Origin: Paraphysomonas bandaiensis
Lineage: Eukaryota > Protista > Chrysophyceae
Direction: 5' to 3'
DNA length: 64,000 nucleotides
Assembly (NCBI GenBank): GCA_965644295.1
Contig: CBFFRP010000442.1
Coordinates: forward strand, 62,001-126,000
Shown here piece after piece: positions 37,773 to 51,400 of this stretch. A program made the translations under genes and the position numbers. The notes under the pieces were generated by a model that made no database searches, was not told where the DNA came from, and was given only the letters and a program-made list of their open reading frames with translations. The first letter of the stretch is position 1. Each line of letters begins with the position of its first letter.

Positions 37773-38297
37773 ACTATTCGATGATTGAGCTGTACATCTT
37801 GAGGGGCCATTAGACCATCTGCATAAGATCACATCTCGAAACATGCAACTCTGAAACACACCTTTGGCGCTTCCTGCTACTGCCGAATTCAGTCGGTAAC
37901 ATTACAGAATATTGTCAGATGAAATCAACTACAGCAATGTGTCTGATTCGAGCTCAATGATGCTCCGCTAAAGTGTGAGCTGCTACCTACGTAGAGGAGT
38001 ATATCCGAGTATACCATACGAAGCAGCCCATGTGGATGTTCCGAGGTGCTGTATAGTACCCGTTTTTCACGAATATCATCCTTTTCTACCTGAAAACCAG
38101 GCTTTTTATACAATACAGGCCCTACTTGTATGCAAACCCCCAGTCGCACTTTACGCTATACGCTATACGGTATAGAGTATACTGTACTGGAAGCATTGGC
38201 ACTGCGACTGACTGTATCTGTGACTGAGGATCCAGAGGGCCGCATCATCATCATCATCATCTCATTCTTCACACCATACATTTCATCATTTCTCTTA

Positions 38298-39718
38298 ATG
38301 TCAGGCCTGCAATTAAACTCCGAATCTTCTTCAGTGAAGCGCATCTCTGTGATCGGTGCCGGCGCATTCGGCACATCTTTAGCTACAATAGCCGCTAGGA
38401 ACGGCCACGATGTGATCCTGTGGGCCCGAGATGAAGCCGTTGTCAGTGGGATCAACACGAACCATGTGAACAATAACTATCTGTCCACCTTCACGCTGTT
38501 GGATAATATATCAGCCACTAGTGATGTCAGGGAGGCCTTAACTAATGTGGATATGATTATACTGGCGCTGCCTGCTCAGATTGTTCCGGACTTCTTGCGT
38601 GAAAATAAAGACATTATCGACCCTGGAACACTGCTCTGTAACTCTGCGAAAGGGCTGTATTTGAAAGAAAAGTGCTTACTATCAGAAGCTATACCGCCTG
38701 CAATGGGTACGTTCTTATTGTCGCACTCAAGCCTTTCATCATACGTTTCCTGTCACACCCAGGTCGTGACCAGCCGTATGCTGTGCTATCTGGTCCTTCT
38801 TTCGCCAAGGAAATGATGCTTGGACATCCAACAGCCGTGGTCGCTGCTAGCAAGTACCTCTACCATTCTGTAACTATTCAGAGGCTTTTGTCATCCTCAA
38901 CTTTCAAAGTTTTCACTTCACAAGATATACTGGGTGTCCAATTAGGTGGTTCGCTCAAAAACCCATTGGCTATTGGGGCAGGGATAATTGAGGGCAAAAA
39001 ACTAGGTAAGTAATAATGATGGATGTTTAGTCTCACGTATTGGCATGTATGGTATATTGTATTGCGGATTATAACGTGTTCCCGCTGTGAAATCGCGTCA
39101 CATTTGCTTTCTAAATGAACGCGCTATTTATGTGTTCCATATCAGTGTCAACAACTAATGGTGTACTTGCTTAGGAATCAATACTCTAGCTTTCTATCTT
39201 ACGCGATCGTCCATTGAGCTCATGAGGCTATGTCAGGCGATGGGGGGAGATCCAGGAACTATCAGTGGTATGGGATTTTCACATGTCTTCTCCATTTCTG
39301 TAAATCTTGTGTGCCCCCACTGCAGAAAGTGCATATGTTTTCACGTTGTTTGCTTACGATCATATGTAGGGTTGTCTGGAATAGGAGATCTGATGTTAAC
39401 TGCATTTGGAGACCTGTCTCGAAACCGTAGTTGTGGTTTGCGTATGGCGAGAGGAGAGTCTGTGTCTGATATAACTAAAGATATGACTGTGGAGGGGATT
39501 TACTCTGCAAAGGTATATACCGTAGTGTAACTGTGAGGATTACGGTCACTGCTGGCTTGTAGGTGGCGGTGAGCTACGCTGATGCGTGTGGTCTTGAGTT
39601 GCCTATTTTTCGCACTGTTGAGGCTATCATAGACGGTCGAATGACACTCGAAGAGGCCCAAGAGCATCTTATGGGCTTACCTTTGTCTCGTGAGCGAGTG
39701 GCAACTAGATCTATGTGA
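38298..39718 (+). CDS. gpsA: NAD(P)-dependent glycerol-3-phosphate dehydrogenase; ~5 exons
   Basis: VIGAGAFGTSLA, NSAKGL, LSGPSFAKE, GGSLKNPLAIGAG, GLSGIGDLMLT...SRN, VEG. Confidence 0.92.
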
Positions 39719-40172
39719 AGCGTTTTGTCGCCCACACTGTTGTAGTACTAGGTTGATATTATTAAATTACTGCTCAATGTGAAAATTAAATAGTCACCGT
39801 AGCGAATTACTTCGTATGCAGGATGCCCATTTTATTAAGAAATGGATTATATTTCCTAAATATCCTAGACTCTATTGGAAGAAGTACTGGTTGAATGCAT
39901 TCACCCCTTTCAATGACAAAAGCCTCAATAGCAATATCTATATCACTTCTTCGAAACACGAACTCGTTGGGAGACAATTTCGTGTATTATACTTGCCCCA
40001 TTCCGTGAGCACGCTTTAGTAAAGTGCTAGTGTTGATTAAATTAAGTAATGAATAGACACTTATTAAAATCCCGGCGTACTTTTGTGTGTGGTGAAATAT
40101 ATTGCCAGCAAAAGTAAATAATAATAATAATTTTAGAGATCAATAATAAATTATAAACATATAGCAATATAT

Positions 40173-40317
40173 TTGGGCCCTGGTATTATTAATGGTCCAT
40201 TAATGGTAGTCCAGTTCCCGGCAATTAAAATGGCATTTTAATGAAAAATGTCCTGGCAATTATAATGGCCAGTAATGGCCCATTAATGCCATTACCATTA
40301 ACGGTTACCAGGCCCTG
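40173..40317. mobile_element. hAT-like MITE
   Basis: Imperfect TIRs GGGCCCTGGTA / TACCAGGCCCTG; 8-bp TSD CAATATAT/CAACATAT; sits in an AT-rich remnant ending GGCCTG at 40421. Confidence 0.6.
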
Positions 40318-40479
40318 CAACATATTACGAGAGGCCAAATCTAATAATAAATATATTGTAGCAAGAAAAAATAAATAATCAATATTTATATTGCAATCCA
40401 ATATATTTTTATCTTGGCCTGGTGGTGACAATCTCCTGCTAGATCTACACTCTACACTATACTTGCATATATTCTATAC

Positions 40480-40616
40480 TTGGCTTTTGCGTAACAATTA
40501 ATTGGAAACATTTACCAAAAATAATAATAATAATAATTTAATTTATTTTATAATTTTTTTGGCAATATATTTATTAAATTGGCAGTTATTGCCAATAAAT
40601 TGTTACGCAAGCCTGG
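40480..40616. mobile_element. hAT-like MITE (second family)
   Basis: Inverted ends GGCTTTTGCGTAACAATT / AATTGTTACGCAAGCCTG; degenerate TSD TTCTATAC/GTCCATAC. Confidence 0.6.
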
Positions 40617-41902
40617 TCCATACATGATTACGAGAAATCCCGCTCATTCTAGAGAAGGAAGGGTCTCAGCCAATGCCACGCTAGGCCTAGTCTAGTCACG
40701 AGAAGCTCCGTGTAATCTTTGTTAGGGGATGGGAAGGTGAACATGGCCTTGCTGGATTGTACGAATTACAGACATAATATATCTTGCATAGCTATGACAA
40801 ATTCCGCGTAATCTTTGTAAAGGCGAACACGGTTGGAGTAATAGGTTGGAATGTACTGGAACTTCCATATAAACGAACGTAAGAGTATTACGGTAGTATA
40901 AGTATGCATTCAAAAGCATGTTACGTATATATTAAGATCGGTTGGCAACAATGTTGTCAGTGGAGATGTATGCTTCACAGGCCCCTCATATCTCACTGAA
41001 ACACATTCATACAATAAAACAGCATACTTAGTATCTATTCAGGGTACTTCATACTTCATACATATACATATACATATACATATGTACTTGTTCCGGCATT
41101 ATTCATATAATCATTTGAGTCTTTCTACTCATGAGGAGCATACATTATTATACACCACTATGACTACACACCGTTGAAGCCCTTACTCGTGTCTGTGAGT
41201 AGAGAGGCAGCAGCAGAGCCTCTGAATATACGCAAATCTATCATCACATTCGCTTCGAACTACTTTCCAGATTGGTGGCTTGCGTTTTGTCTTTTCCTCG
41301 GAAGGCCAGCTGGTCAACGATGCAGAGTAGAAGAGCTGCCGACATGGGTGATAATCGGTTGCAAGATATTCGAGACTTGGCCCCGAGAATAACCCGCAGG
41401 AGTATTGACTCCAATTCACCGGCTCATTCACACGGAAGTGACGATCAGCAGCACAGTTATAGTACTCTTATGCCCCCTACACGAGGTATTGCTCTTCCAT
41501 CTTCAAGTGCCGCTGTGATTCAAAACTCACAGATAATAGGAACGTCTGGAACTACTGGAGAAAGGGGGGTTGGGCATAAATGATGAAAAATGCTGTGCAG
41601 TTACAGTTTACTACAAGTTACTCGAGCAGCTAAAACTCAAGGCGATGAGTTGCTTGCAGCAGTAACAGTGACTGATACAAATGAACAATATTTTTAGAAT
41701 AGAACTTCTTATCAGAGACTAATGCTCTGGTGTGGAGTCTACTTTAAGTTGGCAACTAGCTCTATCTAATTTCGTTGGGTCATTTTCATGCCTAGTATTT
41801 TACTTACTATTGCAATAACTAGCTAACCATTTACCATTGCGATACGCACGATAACAGTTAAGATTAACGTTATCAGCATGCTGTAAAATAGAGCCACCTT
41901 GT

Positions 41903-42610
41903 CTACGAAACACGGTCGAGATCCTTTCGTTTTTCACCTGTTAACCATTCATCTCCTTCGAATGCAGCAATGGCATCTCCATTGCTATTTGCTTTTCGCA
42001 GGTGAGAAAAAAGTCCTTCACCTATGCTAGAAGTGTAGGTCTGTCGATTTCTATCTCGAGCAACAAGGGTAGACGGCCTATGGTAGAGAGCTTTTCTACT
42101 CTCTTCCTCAACTCTTGCATCGATAATTGCATATATGAAACATATCAATGATACTGCCACGATTGGCTTGTAAACCATAAGGCTGTGGCAATGGAGGAGT
42201 AACTTCCACATCCATTGCAGCCTCTATATCTGTAAATTCATGAGTACGGCGCTCCCAGTATTCAGCAGTAGAATTACCGCATTCGGTACGCAAGCCATCG
42301 TATTCCAAGAGCATCTATGTAGAATACAAGCAGTGCGAAAGGCATCTTGAATGACTTGGGCAGAATAATAACACATGCCACTCCAACAGCGTCTGGCCCC
42401 ACACTGACTCATAGTAGTTAGGTCTTGGTTGAATTCTTCTTGTGCTCTTCGAATTGACAATCAGTTCGATGTTATCATTGACAATCTCTCAGCCGCGTAT
42501 TCATCCCCTGCCTGAATTGAAACTCTTCCTCAGAGAGAACTTCAAAGTCCATATTGTTACTGACAAACTCTATTTCGACAGACTTACAGTCGCTTAATGA
42601 TATCAACCAT
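41903..42610 (-). CDS. Hypothetical multi-exon protein, possibly frameshifted
   Basis: Chain of short minus-strand ORFs with intron-like gaps, divergent from insulysin; frame could not be fully reconciled. Confidence 0.35.
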
Positions 42611-42896
42611 AGAGTTGCTGTTCCAACTACAGGCAGCAGTATGAAAGTCTAGGAATGCATGCCTGAATCTTCAAAAAACAGTTTTCTGGTGGCATATCTA
42701 GATATCCAGGATATTGAGGTACAAAAAAGCTGTCACTAAACTGAAAATATATTTTTGTTCAGATGTGCCTCTAATATTGAGATAATAATTATGTGTATTT
42801 CAGACGTAGTTGTACTGAAGTTATATAGAGGAGTTTTGCTTCAACTTATTTACGAAAAATTAATGCATACGTACACACTCTCATATACTCCTGCTG

Positions 42897-43291
42897 TACG
42901 TATGTATGTATGTATGTATGTATGTATGTATGTATGTATGTACAGTATGTATGTAGGTATGTATGTGTATGTAGGTATGTATGTATGTATGTATGTATGT
43001 ATGTATGTACGTATGTATGTATGTATGTATGTATGTATGTATGTATGTATGTATGTATGTATGTATGTATGTATGTATGTATGTATGTATGTATGTATGT
43101 ATGTATGTATGTATGTATGTATGTATGTATGTATGTATGTGTGTATGTATGTATGTATGTATGTATGTATGTATGTATGTATGTATGTATGTATGTATGT
43201 ATGTATGTATGTATGTATGTATGTATGTATGTATGTATGTATGTATGTATGTATGTATGTATGTATGTATGTATGTATGTATGTATGTGTA
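42897..43291. repeat. (TATG)n microsatellite upstream of insulysin
   Basis: ~390-bp array preceded by CTGCTGTACG. Confidence 0.97.
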
Positions 43292-43369
43292 TTGTGAGGT
43301 GTGTGTGTTTTCGAGGGTATCTGCCTGGAATTTCTTATTAGTTTTGGTGAAGTGAGGAAAGTTGAGAAG

Positions 43370-46300
43370 ATGCCTGAAGTATGGTGTGTGTTGAGGTTGT
43401 TTGTGTTGTAATTGTTTTTTAGGTGTTTGATGCTATTGAGATTTCTCATAACGATAAGCGAGAGTACCGCCACATCACTCTAGACAACAAACTAGAGGCG
43501 GTCCTGATTCATGACCCGGAGACAGAGAAGTGCTCCGCTTGCTGTGATGTTAGAGTGGGGTCTATGAGTGACCCGGAGGACGTGCAGGGTCTGGCTCATT
43601 TTCTTGAGGTATGATATGGGCGATGGATTGATGTGTAAGCGTTTGATTCCTCTTCACAGCACATGCTCTTCATGGGGACCGAGAAGTACCCTGAAGAGAA
43701 TGCTTATTCGGCATACTTGAGTGCTCACGGGGGCTTTAGCAATGCGTACACTGCTCAGGAAGACACTGTGTATTATTTTGATGTGCAGAATGATCATTTT
43801 GAGGGCGCACTCGATATGTTTGCATCGTTTTTTTGGTGTCCTCTTTTTTCTCAATCTTCTACAGAGAGGGAGATGCAAGCAGTGGATAATGAGAACACAA
43901 AGAATCTTCAGTCAGATACTTGGCGGTGTTTTCAGTTGCTGAAATCGCTCTCTAAATCCGATAACCCGTACTCGAAGTTCTCAACTGGAAATTTGGAAAC
44001 TCTTAAACAGATTCCAGAGGAAAAAGGGATTAATATTCGCGAACAGCTGCTACAATTCCATGCAAAATATTACTCTGCCAACGTAATGCGCGTTGTGGTA
44101 TATGGTGTGCAGCCTTTGGACACGCTCCAAACATGGGTGGAAGAAAAATTCAATGCTATTGAAAATAAGAATCTTCCAACTCCGTCGTACCCATTGGAGC
44201 CATACGGTCCAGACCAGTTAGGAAAGTACGTGGAAGTTGTCCCGGTTAAAGACCTGAAAGCGATTGATATCTACTTTCCTCTTCCTTCTATGCAGAAACA
44301 CTACAGGTGATAGGAGATCACCTTGCTGACTGCCTGTCTGATGTGCGTGCTGTGTTATAGACTTGCATGTCCTTCATATAGTGTTTATACATATATATGT
44401 ATGATAGTATTCGTTTATTGAATTGACTTGGGTGTACTTGCACTGTGGCATTCGCCATGTGATATAATGCTAGCTCTTACTTGCATGTGTGGGTGCTATG
44501 ACATGATCTCTTGATTGTATAGGACAAAGCCCATGGAATATATCAGTCACCTAATTGGTCACGAGGGGGCTGGATCGATTTTGTCGGCTCTGAAAGCGAA
44601 GGGCTGGGCGAATTCTCTCGGGTCATACCTTCATACGTCGCAGTCGAATTTTTCATGCTTCATGGTGAATGTTGGCTTGACTGACGAAGGAATCGAACAT
44701 GTTGAGGATGTTGCTGCCATTGTATTTGGCTACATAGGCAAGTTCAATTTGGTATTGTTGAAATCGTGTGATGATATTACTCCATAATGCATTAACTATT
44801 GCGGTACTCTCTATATAATGCTTTCGTCCACGTTTCGTGACGTAGTTATTTTTCAGGTATGCTCAAGCTGGAAGGGCCTAAGCAGTGGATAGCTACTGAA
44901 GTTCAAGAGACCTGTGCTATGAACTTTCGCTTTTTAGAGAAGACAGAACCCGCGGACTACGCGACAAGGATTGCTGAGGCCATGCACTTGTACCCTAGGT
45001 ATGTATATTGACGTGATTATGTACCTAGATGGTGATGACGTATCCATTGTCATCTTGCCGTTCATCCATGCTACGGTATGTGTAGAGTAGTATTAACGGG
45101 GAAATTTCACTTCTGTTGTTGAAGCAATATCTGTTTACAGGGAGCATATCGTGTCAGGAAATGCTCTCGTATTCGATGTAGACTTGTCTCTTGTGGTCTC
45201 ATCCTTGGAATATTTAACCCCATCTAACTCCATGGTTATGGTTAAGCACAAGGGACTAACTGGTAAAACTACTTTATCAGAGAGGTGGTACGGCACACAA
45301 TATAGTATCAGACCGTTTACTAAACATGAAATGAGCAAATGGTCAAATTGCCTGGCCGAAGGGAAAATTGAAAGTTCTGACGTCTGTGAACTGACTTTAC
45401 CGATTCCTAACCCCTTTATACCTACTGAGTTTCAAATATATCCGATTCCTCCAATGTGGGAGGCGAGTCATAATAAGTGTCTCAGGGAGGGTCCTCTAGT
45501 GATTGATTATGTGGTTGTAAGGGATGAGTCATTACAGGAGTGCTATGCCGTTGGTGAAGAGGGGGAACAGAATGGAACAGAGAGTTATGGGAATGGAGGT
45601 AGTATTGCAGGTTCGGACGATGAAGGGGATAGCGATAATGAAGATGGTGGACACCTACCTCCTCCTACAGGAAAAGCCCTCAGGACATGGTTTATGCAAG
45701 ATTCGAAGTGGCTAGTACCAAAACTTAATCTTAGTATCAAGCTACAGACCCATTACGCGTATTCGACACCTTTAAATGTCAGTCTCTGTGAAATGTTTGC
45801 CAACATTTTAAAAGAAATATTAAATGAGTTTTCCTACTATGCGGATTGTGCAGGCCTCTACTACGACGTGCTCAATACCAATGCTGGACTTGTGCTTACA
45901 TTTTCAGGATATCACCATAAGCTTCCTGTATTAGTCTCTAAGGCCATCGAAGACATGAAAGCAATGGGATGTGGTGACTCATCTAGAGTTCCTTTCAAGT
46001 CAGACATGTTTGATCGAGTCAAGGAACGCATTTTGAGAGGATATTTCAACTCTCTGTATTGGCAACCATATAATCACTGTGTAACTGGTACTCTATCTTG
46101 TTTGGAAAATCCACGTTGGTCTAATCCCGAGAAACATTCGGCTTTGAGTGGTGCTGGATTTGATGATTTCGTGGCATTTTCGTCGGTGCTAATGAAATGC
46201 ATTTTCGCTGAAGTCTGTGTGCATGGAAATATCATATCCTTGGAAGCCAAGAACTTGTCGGCAAACATAGTATCGGAACTTGGATGTGGGGTGCTGCCAG

Positions 46301-47426
46301 ACTCTTTGGAGCCAATTCGACGTGCTGTAAAGATCCTTCCTGGCGTTGAGTACGTGTATCGGCAACATAGTAGACAGTTTAATCCAAAGGAAGTCAATAG
46401 TGCTATCGAAAACACGTATGTTATATGCGATCTACCTGGCTTGTCTGCAGCCTCTTGTGTAATTTCCCCTTCGAATGTTAATACGGACACACCCCTTGCA
46501 CCTCATGTTCACAACAGAGATGTGAGCACATGGAATTCTTTGGCTCTCGCAGCAACCCTAGAATTGGTTTCCCATCTCTTAATGGAACCATCCTTTGACC
46601 AGCTGCGCACGAAGGAGCAGCTAGGTTATCTAGTTCATTCTTCTCGTACGGTTGTGGGATCCCAGGTACCTATTTGTAGTTTACTATGTAGCATACATTT
46701 ATTTTGAAATAGAATAGCCTGTTTCCGTTGTATTGTGAGTGCCGCTGTGAGAAGCTTCACATTGTTGCATAGATTTTGTCAGTACAAGCATTTTATGTAT
46801 TGTCCTTGTTGTATTCGATATTTTTGATGTATATTCTTACCTCTCTGTGTTATTGCGTTAGGCGGCCCTGCGTGTTATCGTGCAGAGTAACCATAAAGAC
46901 CCGATTTATCTTAACACTCGCGTGGAAGCATTTTTGGAGTCCTATTTTTCAACGTTGAAAGAACTCACTGCTCAAGAGTTAGAGCATAACAAGAAAGCGG
47001 TTATTGACTCCCTGCTGGAGAAACCGAAAAATCTTAGTAAGGTCAAGTTTGATAGTTTATCATACCAAATCTGTGTAAAAATATGTCTATCAGGAATTCC
47101 AAAACTACTGGAATGAGATCACCACAAATCAATTTTTCTTCAGTCGTCGTGATAAATATGCGGAGTATGTAGCCACGATATCTCGAGAAGACTTGTTGGT
47201 ATTTTATGAGGCTTTTTTGCTGCCAAACAGTGGATATAGAAGAAAGTTTTCGTCGCAGTTCTTTGGATGCAAGTCTAAATTTCCTCCCAAGTCTGCGAAT
47301 GCGGAATGCTCCACGGATGAGAGCTTGAAGGAAGTCCTGATTTCAGATCCAGCTGTGTTTAAGCGATCGATGCCTCTCATGCCGGTGCAGAACTATGAAC
47401 ATATGCTCCCTGTAACCTCGGCTTAG
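43370..47426 (+). CDS. IDE: Insulin-degrading enzyme (insulysin, peptidase M16A); multi-exon
   Basis: GLAHFLE|HMLFMGTEKYP inverted zincin HxxEH split by an intron; SNAYT, FSTGNLETL, HLIGHEGAGS, FDQLRTKEQLGY. Confidence 0.93.
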
Positions 47427-48003
47427 ATTAATTTTCAGTCAAGCGTAAGTTGCTGAATTCGAGAGTGATTAGTCTGGCGATACATCACAACGTCAAACAA
47501 AGTTGTCAGTTATGAAGTTGATAGACTGTAAGTTGTAAAACATGCGTTAACAAATCAGGTTATTTTATGTTATTTTTGTATTGAAGCGGCGTGTCGCTAA
47601 TTCTACATTGCCCTATGCTATCGCGAATTCCAGTCGCCTAGTTTAGGATATGTTATTCATTGTATAACATGTCTTCACGAAGCGAAAAACAGATTTTCTA
47701 TTCAATCATAAAATGGCAGGTAGATGGTAGATAGCAATCCGAATAGCATTCGAAGAGGAAATTGCTCTGGACTGTCAATCATTTCATCGCCTGATGCTAA
47801 TATCTTTGACTGTTGTTATCAGCACCATTTTCAATGTCAAAGTGGAGGAACATACCTTGTGACTGGCATATTGCAAATTAGTAGATAGAGATAGAGCTTT
47901 GGCAGGATCGTGTCAACTTATTTGCTTTCTGACATGAATTTCTTCATGTTAAATTAAATTTTTCTGAAAAAGGCATACTCGTATGCGTGGGTTTATTTAA
48001 TTA

Positions 48004-48296
48004 TAACAGAAGTTGACATTATTTGCTAAGGTTTACTATTCTCAACTGATAAGATGAAATTATAAACATTACATGATAAAGAACCTAAGTTGTGTTCGAT
48101 GTGTTCAACACCATTCATTTACTACTATAGTGTACAAACCACCCACTCAGTGATCGTATCCTGTATAGTCATCCACTTCTACTTCAGTTTCATACTACAT
48201 AATATAATGTACTAATTACATATATATCTTTCGATCCTTGCATCTCACATAATACTGCACTCAATTGCAAGTATATAGAATCTTCAGATCTCAACA
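48004..48296 (-). repeat. 3' LTR of copia
   Basis: Identical by eye to 53003-53295; preceded on the minus strand by the PPT at 48297-48307. Confidence 0.95.
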
Positions 48297-48420
48297 CTCC
48301 CCCTCAATTGAGTGTTGTACTATGACGCCTCCCAGCTATTGAATGCCTGAGATAAAAAAATTCTTGACAGTAAAATAGACTCATCTCTAAGTCTAAACCT
48401 CTGTCTAAAAAACTCAGTAC

Positions 48421-51400
48421 CTACTTGCGCCTTCTTTTATCCCTTGGTCCCTCATTAATCACTTCAGTGGAACTCTTAACTTTCTCTCCAAGATTTCTCT
48501 TTCTCTGCTCCATATATGATAAACCAACCAATGACTTTGTATAAATATCTGCTGCTTGTTGCGATGTATGCACATGCACTAACTTAATCGTATTGAACTG
48601 ATTGGGATCCACGTGCTCTCTCACCATGTGATACTTAATCTCAATGTGCTTCGACTTCTTGTGAAACACTGGGTTTTCGGCCAAATCCTGGGCACTCTGA
48701 CTGTCGATGAAGAATGGTGTGGGTTTGATGAGCCTCAACTTAATCTCACCCGTCACCCCCCGAACCCATAGCACTTCTTGGAGACCCGAGTAAATACACT
48801 GATACTCAGACTGCATGCTTGACGTTGCCACTGTCGTCTGCAGTTTGGACTGCCAGACTATAGGCCCTCCCGCTGCAAACCCAACGTACCCCGACGTGGA
48901 CTTCCTGGAGAGCTGATCTCCCGCCCAATCCGCGTCAGTAAACATATGGAAGTCGAACCGTCTACTCCCATATTGAATCCCTTTGTCAATAGAACCACGA
49001 ATATATTGCCATACATGTGTTAATAGCTTGCATACTTCAATATTCACCTTATTACTGAACCGAGACAGTACTCCCACTGCATAGGCAATATCCGGCCTCG
49101 TGTTCATCGATAGATATAGTAATGCACCTATCAGCGGCCGATATGGGAAGTTATCTACTATAAGCTGTTCCTCCTCGGTATGCTCATGCCGCGCCCCTTT
49201 TGCCACTAAATCCATTGCTTCCGCCGGTAGAGGACTCTTCCGTACCTTTCGCGGTGACCCAAGATACTTTTCAAACTTTTCTAAGATCTTAGCCGCATAT
49301 ACTGATTGGTCAAGACGAATATACTCTGGCGTTCTTGTGACTCGAACATTCAGAAAATGTTCCATCTCGCCCATATCCTTCATATCAAACCGGGCACACA
49401 GTTGAGCTTTAATATCCTTCACTATGTTGACATCACGACCTAACACTAGGATATCATCCACATATATCGTTAATAATATCAATTCATCGCCCTTATACTG
49501 ATAATACAAACACGGGTCTAATACACATGGTTTAAAATGCATAGATCGTATGAATTTATCCAATGTTTTCCACCACGACCGCGGGGAACTCCGAAGCCCG
49601 TATAACGACTTCTTCAGCTTAAAGCAGTACCCCTCAGGCAGCTGAAAGTCCGGAGTTGCCTTCATATATACGTCCCCCTCTATATCTGCATATAGAAATG
49701 CGTTAGACACATCCAGTTGATGAATTACCATGTTCATCACGAAAGCTATGGCGATTAACAGTCGCACTGTTACCCCCTTAACAACGGGTGCGAAATGGTT
49801 CGCCCAACCACTCGACTGCTGTCCACAACCGATTGCTACAAGACGAGCCTTATATCGGCGGACCTCTCCCTCCTTATCGTACTTCTTTCCATAGACGTAC
49901 TTGGAGTGCAGTGGGACGACTCCGTCCGGTATACGAGTCACCTCCATGGTATCTCGCTTCGCCAAACCCTCTCGCTCTACACGGCGAGCTCGTCTCCACT
50001 CCCTGTGCTCGGCACTCTCCAAGGACTCACGATGTGTCTGAGGCACTGTCGACTCTTCCGCTGACATCCACACTGAGTCTGCCTCCTGTAAAAGGTCACT
50101 CACATCACTCTCATCACTCAAATGATGGATTTGTCCTAACACCGACACATTCGTTACCGTCCTTGGAGTTCTTGCGCGTTTGCCGTGCGGATGATTCTCG
50201 GCAGGGGTCCCTTCCCCCGAAGGTAATGCTGAGTCAGCCTGGGGCTGCACCTGCCCACTTTCCGACTGCTGTGGCACCACTCCGCTGATACCGCCGTCAC
50301 GGTTGTCAGTAACTCTGGCCCTAACCACCCTCTGCGCAAGATCCTCTGTCATCTTCTTGATGTCAGCAATATGAATAGGAGTTTTATCCTCCACTTGAAC
50401 CTGGTTACCAGTAACCAACGACCGGTATCCTACAATAAGTCCCTTCCTTATCACCACTCTGTTAGTCTTGTATAGCAGACCACCATCCTCATGGTGCTTT
50501 CCGATAAGATACTCAAACTCACCCGGTTGACGAGCCTCGGGATCTATAGCCACTTGAGCCTCCTCCAGCTCTCTATAATAATCCTGAGACCTCTCAGGTA
50601 CCGATTCATCAAATAATACATGTACCGAGTGTACTACGGTGTCCCCCACTAGCACCTTGTATCCTTTTCGATCAGCTGGATACCCTATGAAATAACCTGT
50701 CATTGCTTTGTCCTCCCAGTCCTTCCTCCTGTCGGCCTTGGGTGTTAGCACATATGCTTTGCACCCCCATTTCCGTAGCCACGATAGGCTGGGAACGCTC
50801 CCCCTGGGACACACTCATATGGAGACATCCATCCTTGCCACGTCCGAGTTGGCATTCGTCGCACAATGTAACATGCAGTTTGATAAGCATCAAACCAGAA
50901 CGACTTTGGAAGTCCAGATGCCGTCAACATCGTCAGTGTCATCTCCCCAATTGTTCGGAATTTCCTCTCAGACACCGCGTTGAGCTCTGGCGTGTCTCGT
51001 GTTGTATGTGACACCCGAGTCCCATATCGCTGCAACAGATACTCTCTTATCTGCTGACTAATAAGTTCGGATCCTCCATCGGCATGATACTCCACTATAC
51101 GGTTCCACCCCTCGTACTTCACTAAGTGGACCTCGCACAAGTGTCGTAGACATTTGAACACCTCCTCTCCGCTTCGAGTCCTCAATCCATATTCCCATAT
51201 CATCTTTGTTGCTAAGTCCGTGAATAGGAGCACGTACTTATACCCTTGTCTGGATTCACAATTCAGGTAGACTGAGATGTCCGCTGTCACTCGTTCCAGA
51301 AACCTGACTGCGCTTAGCTCTTCGTTGTCCCGTGATTTGAACGAATGCCTGGTTATCTTCGCCTTGGCACACCATTTACACAGGGGTTTCTTGCAACTCT

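Noticed and set aside
41272-41583. Short plus-strand ORF downstream of a CATA-rich tract
   Set aside because: Plausible small gene but no motif or splice support; not listed as a feature
8764-43473. Many ORFs reading MYVC.. / HTYI..
   Set aside because: Translations of (TATG)n microsatellites, not genes
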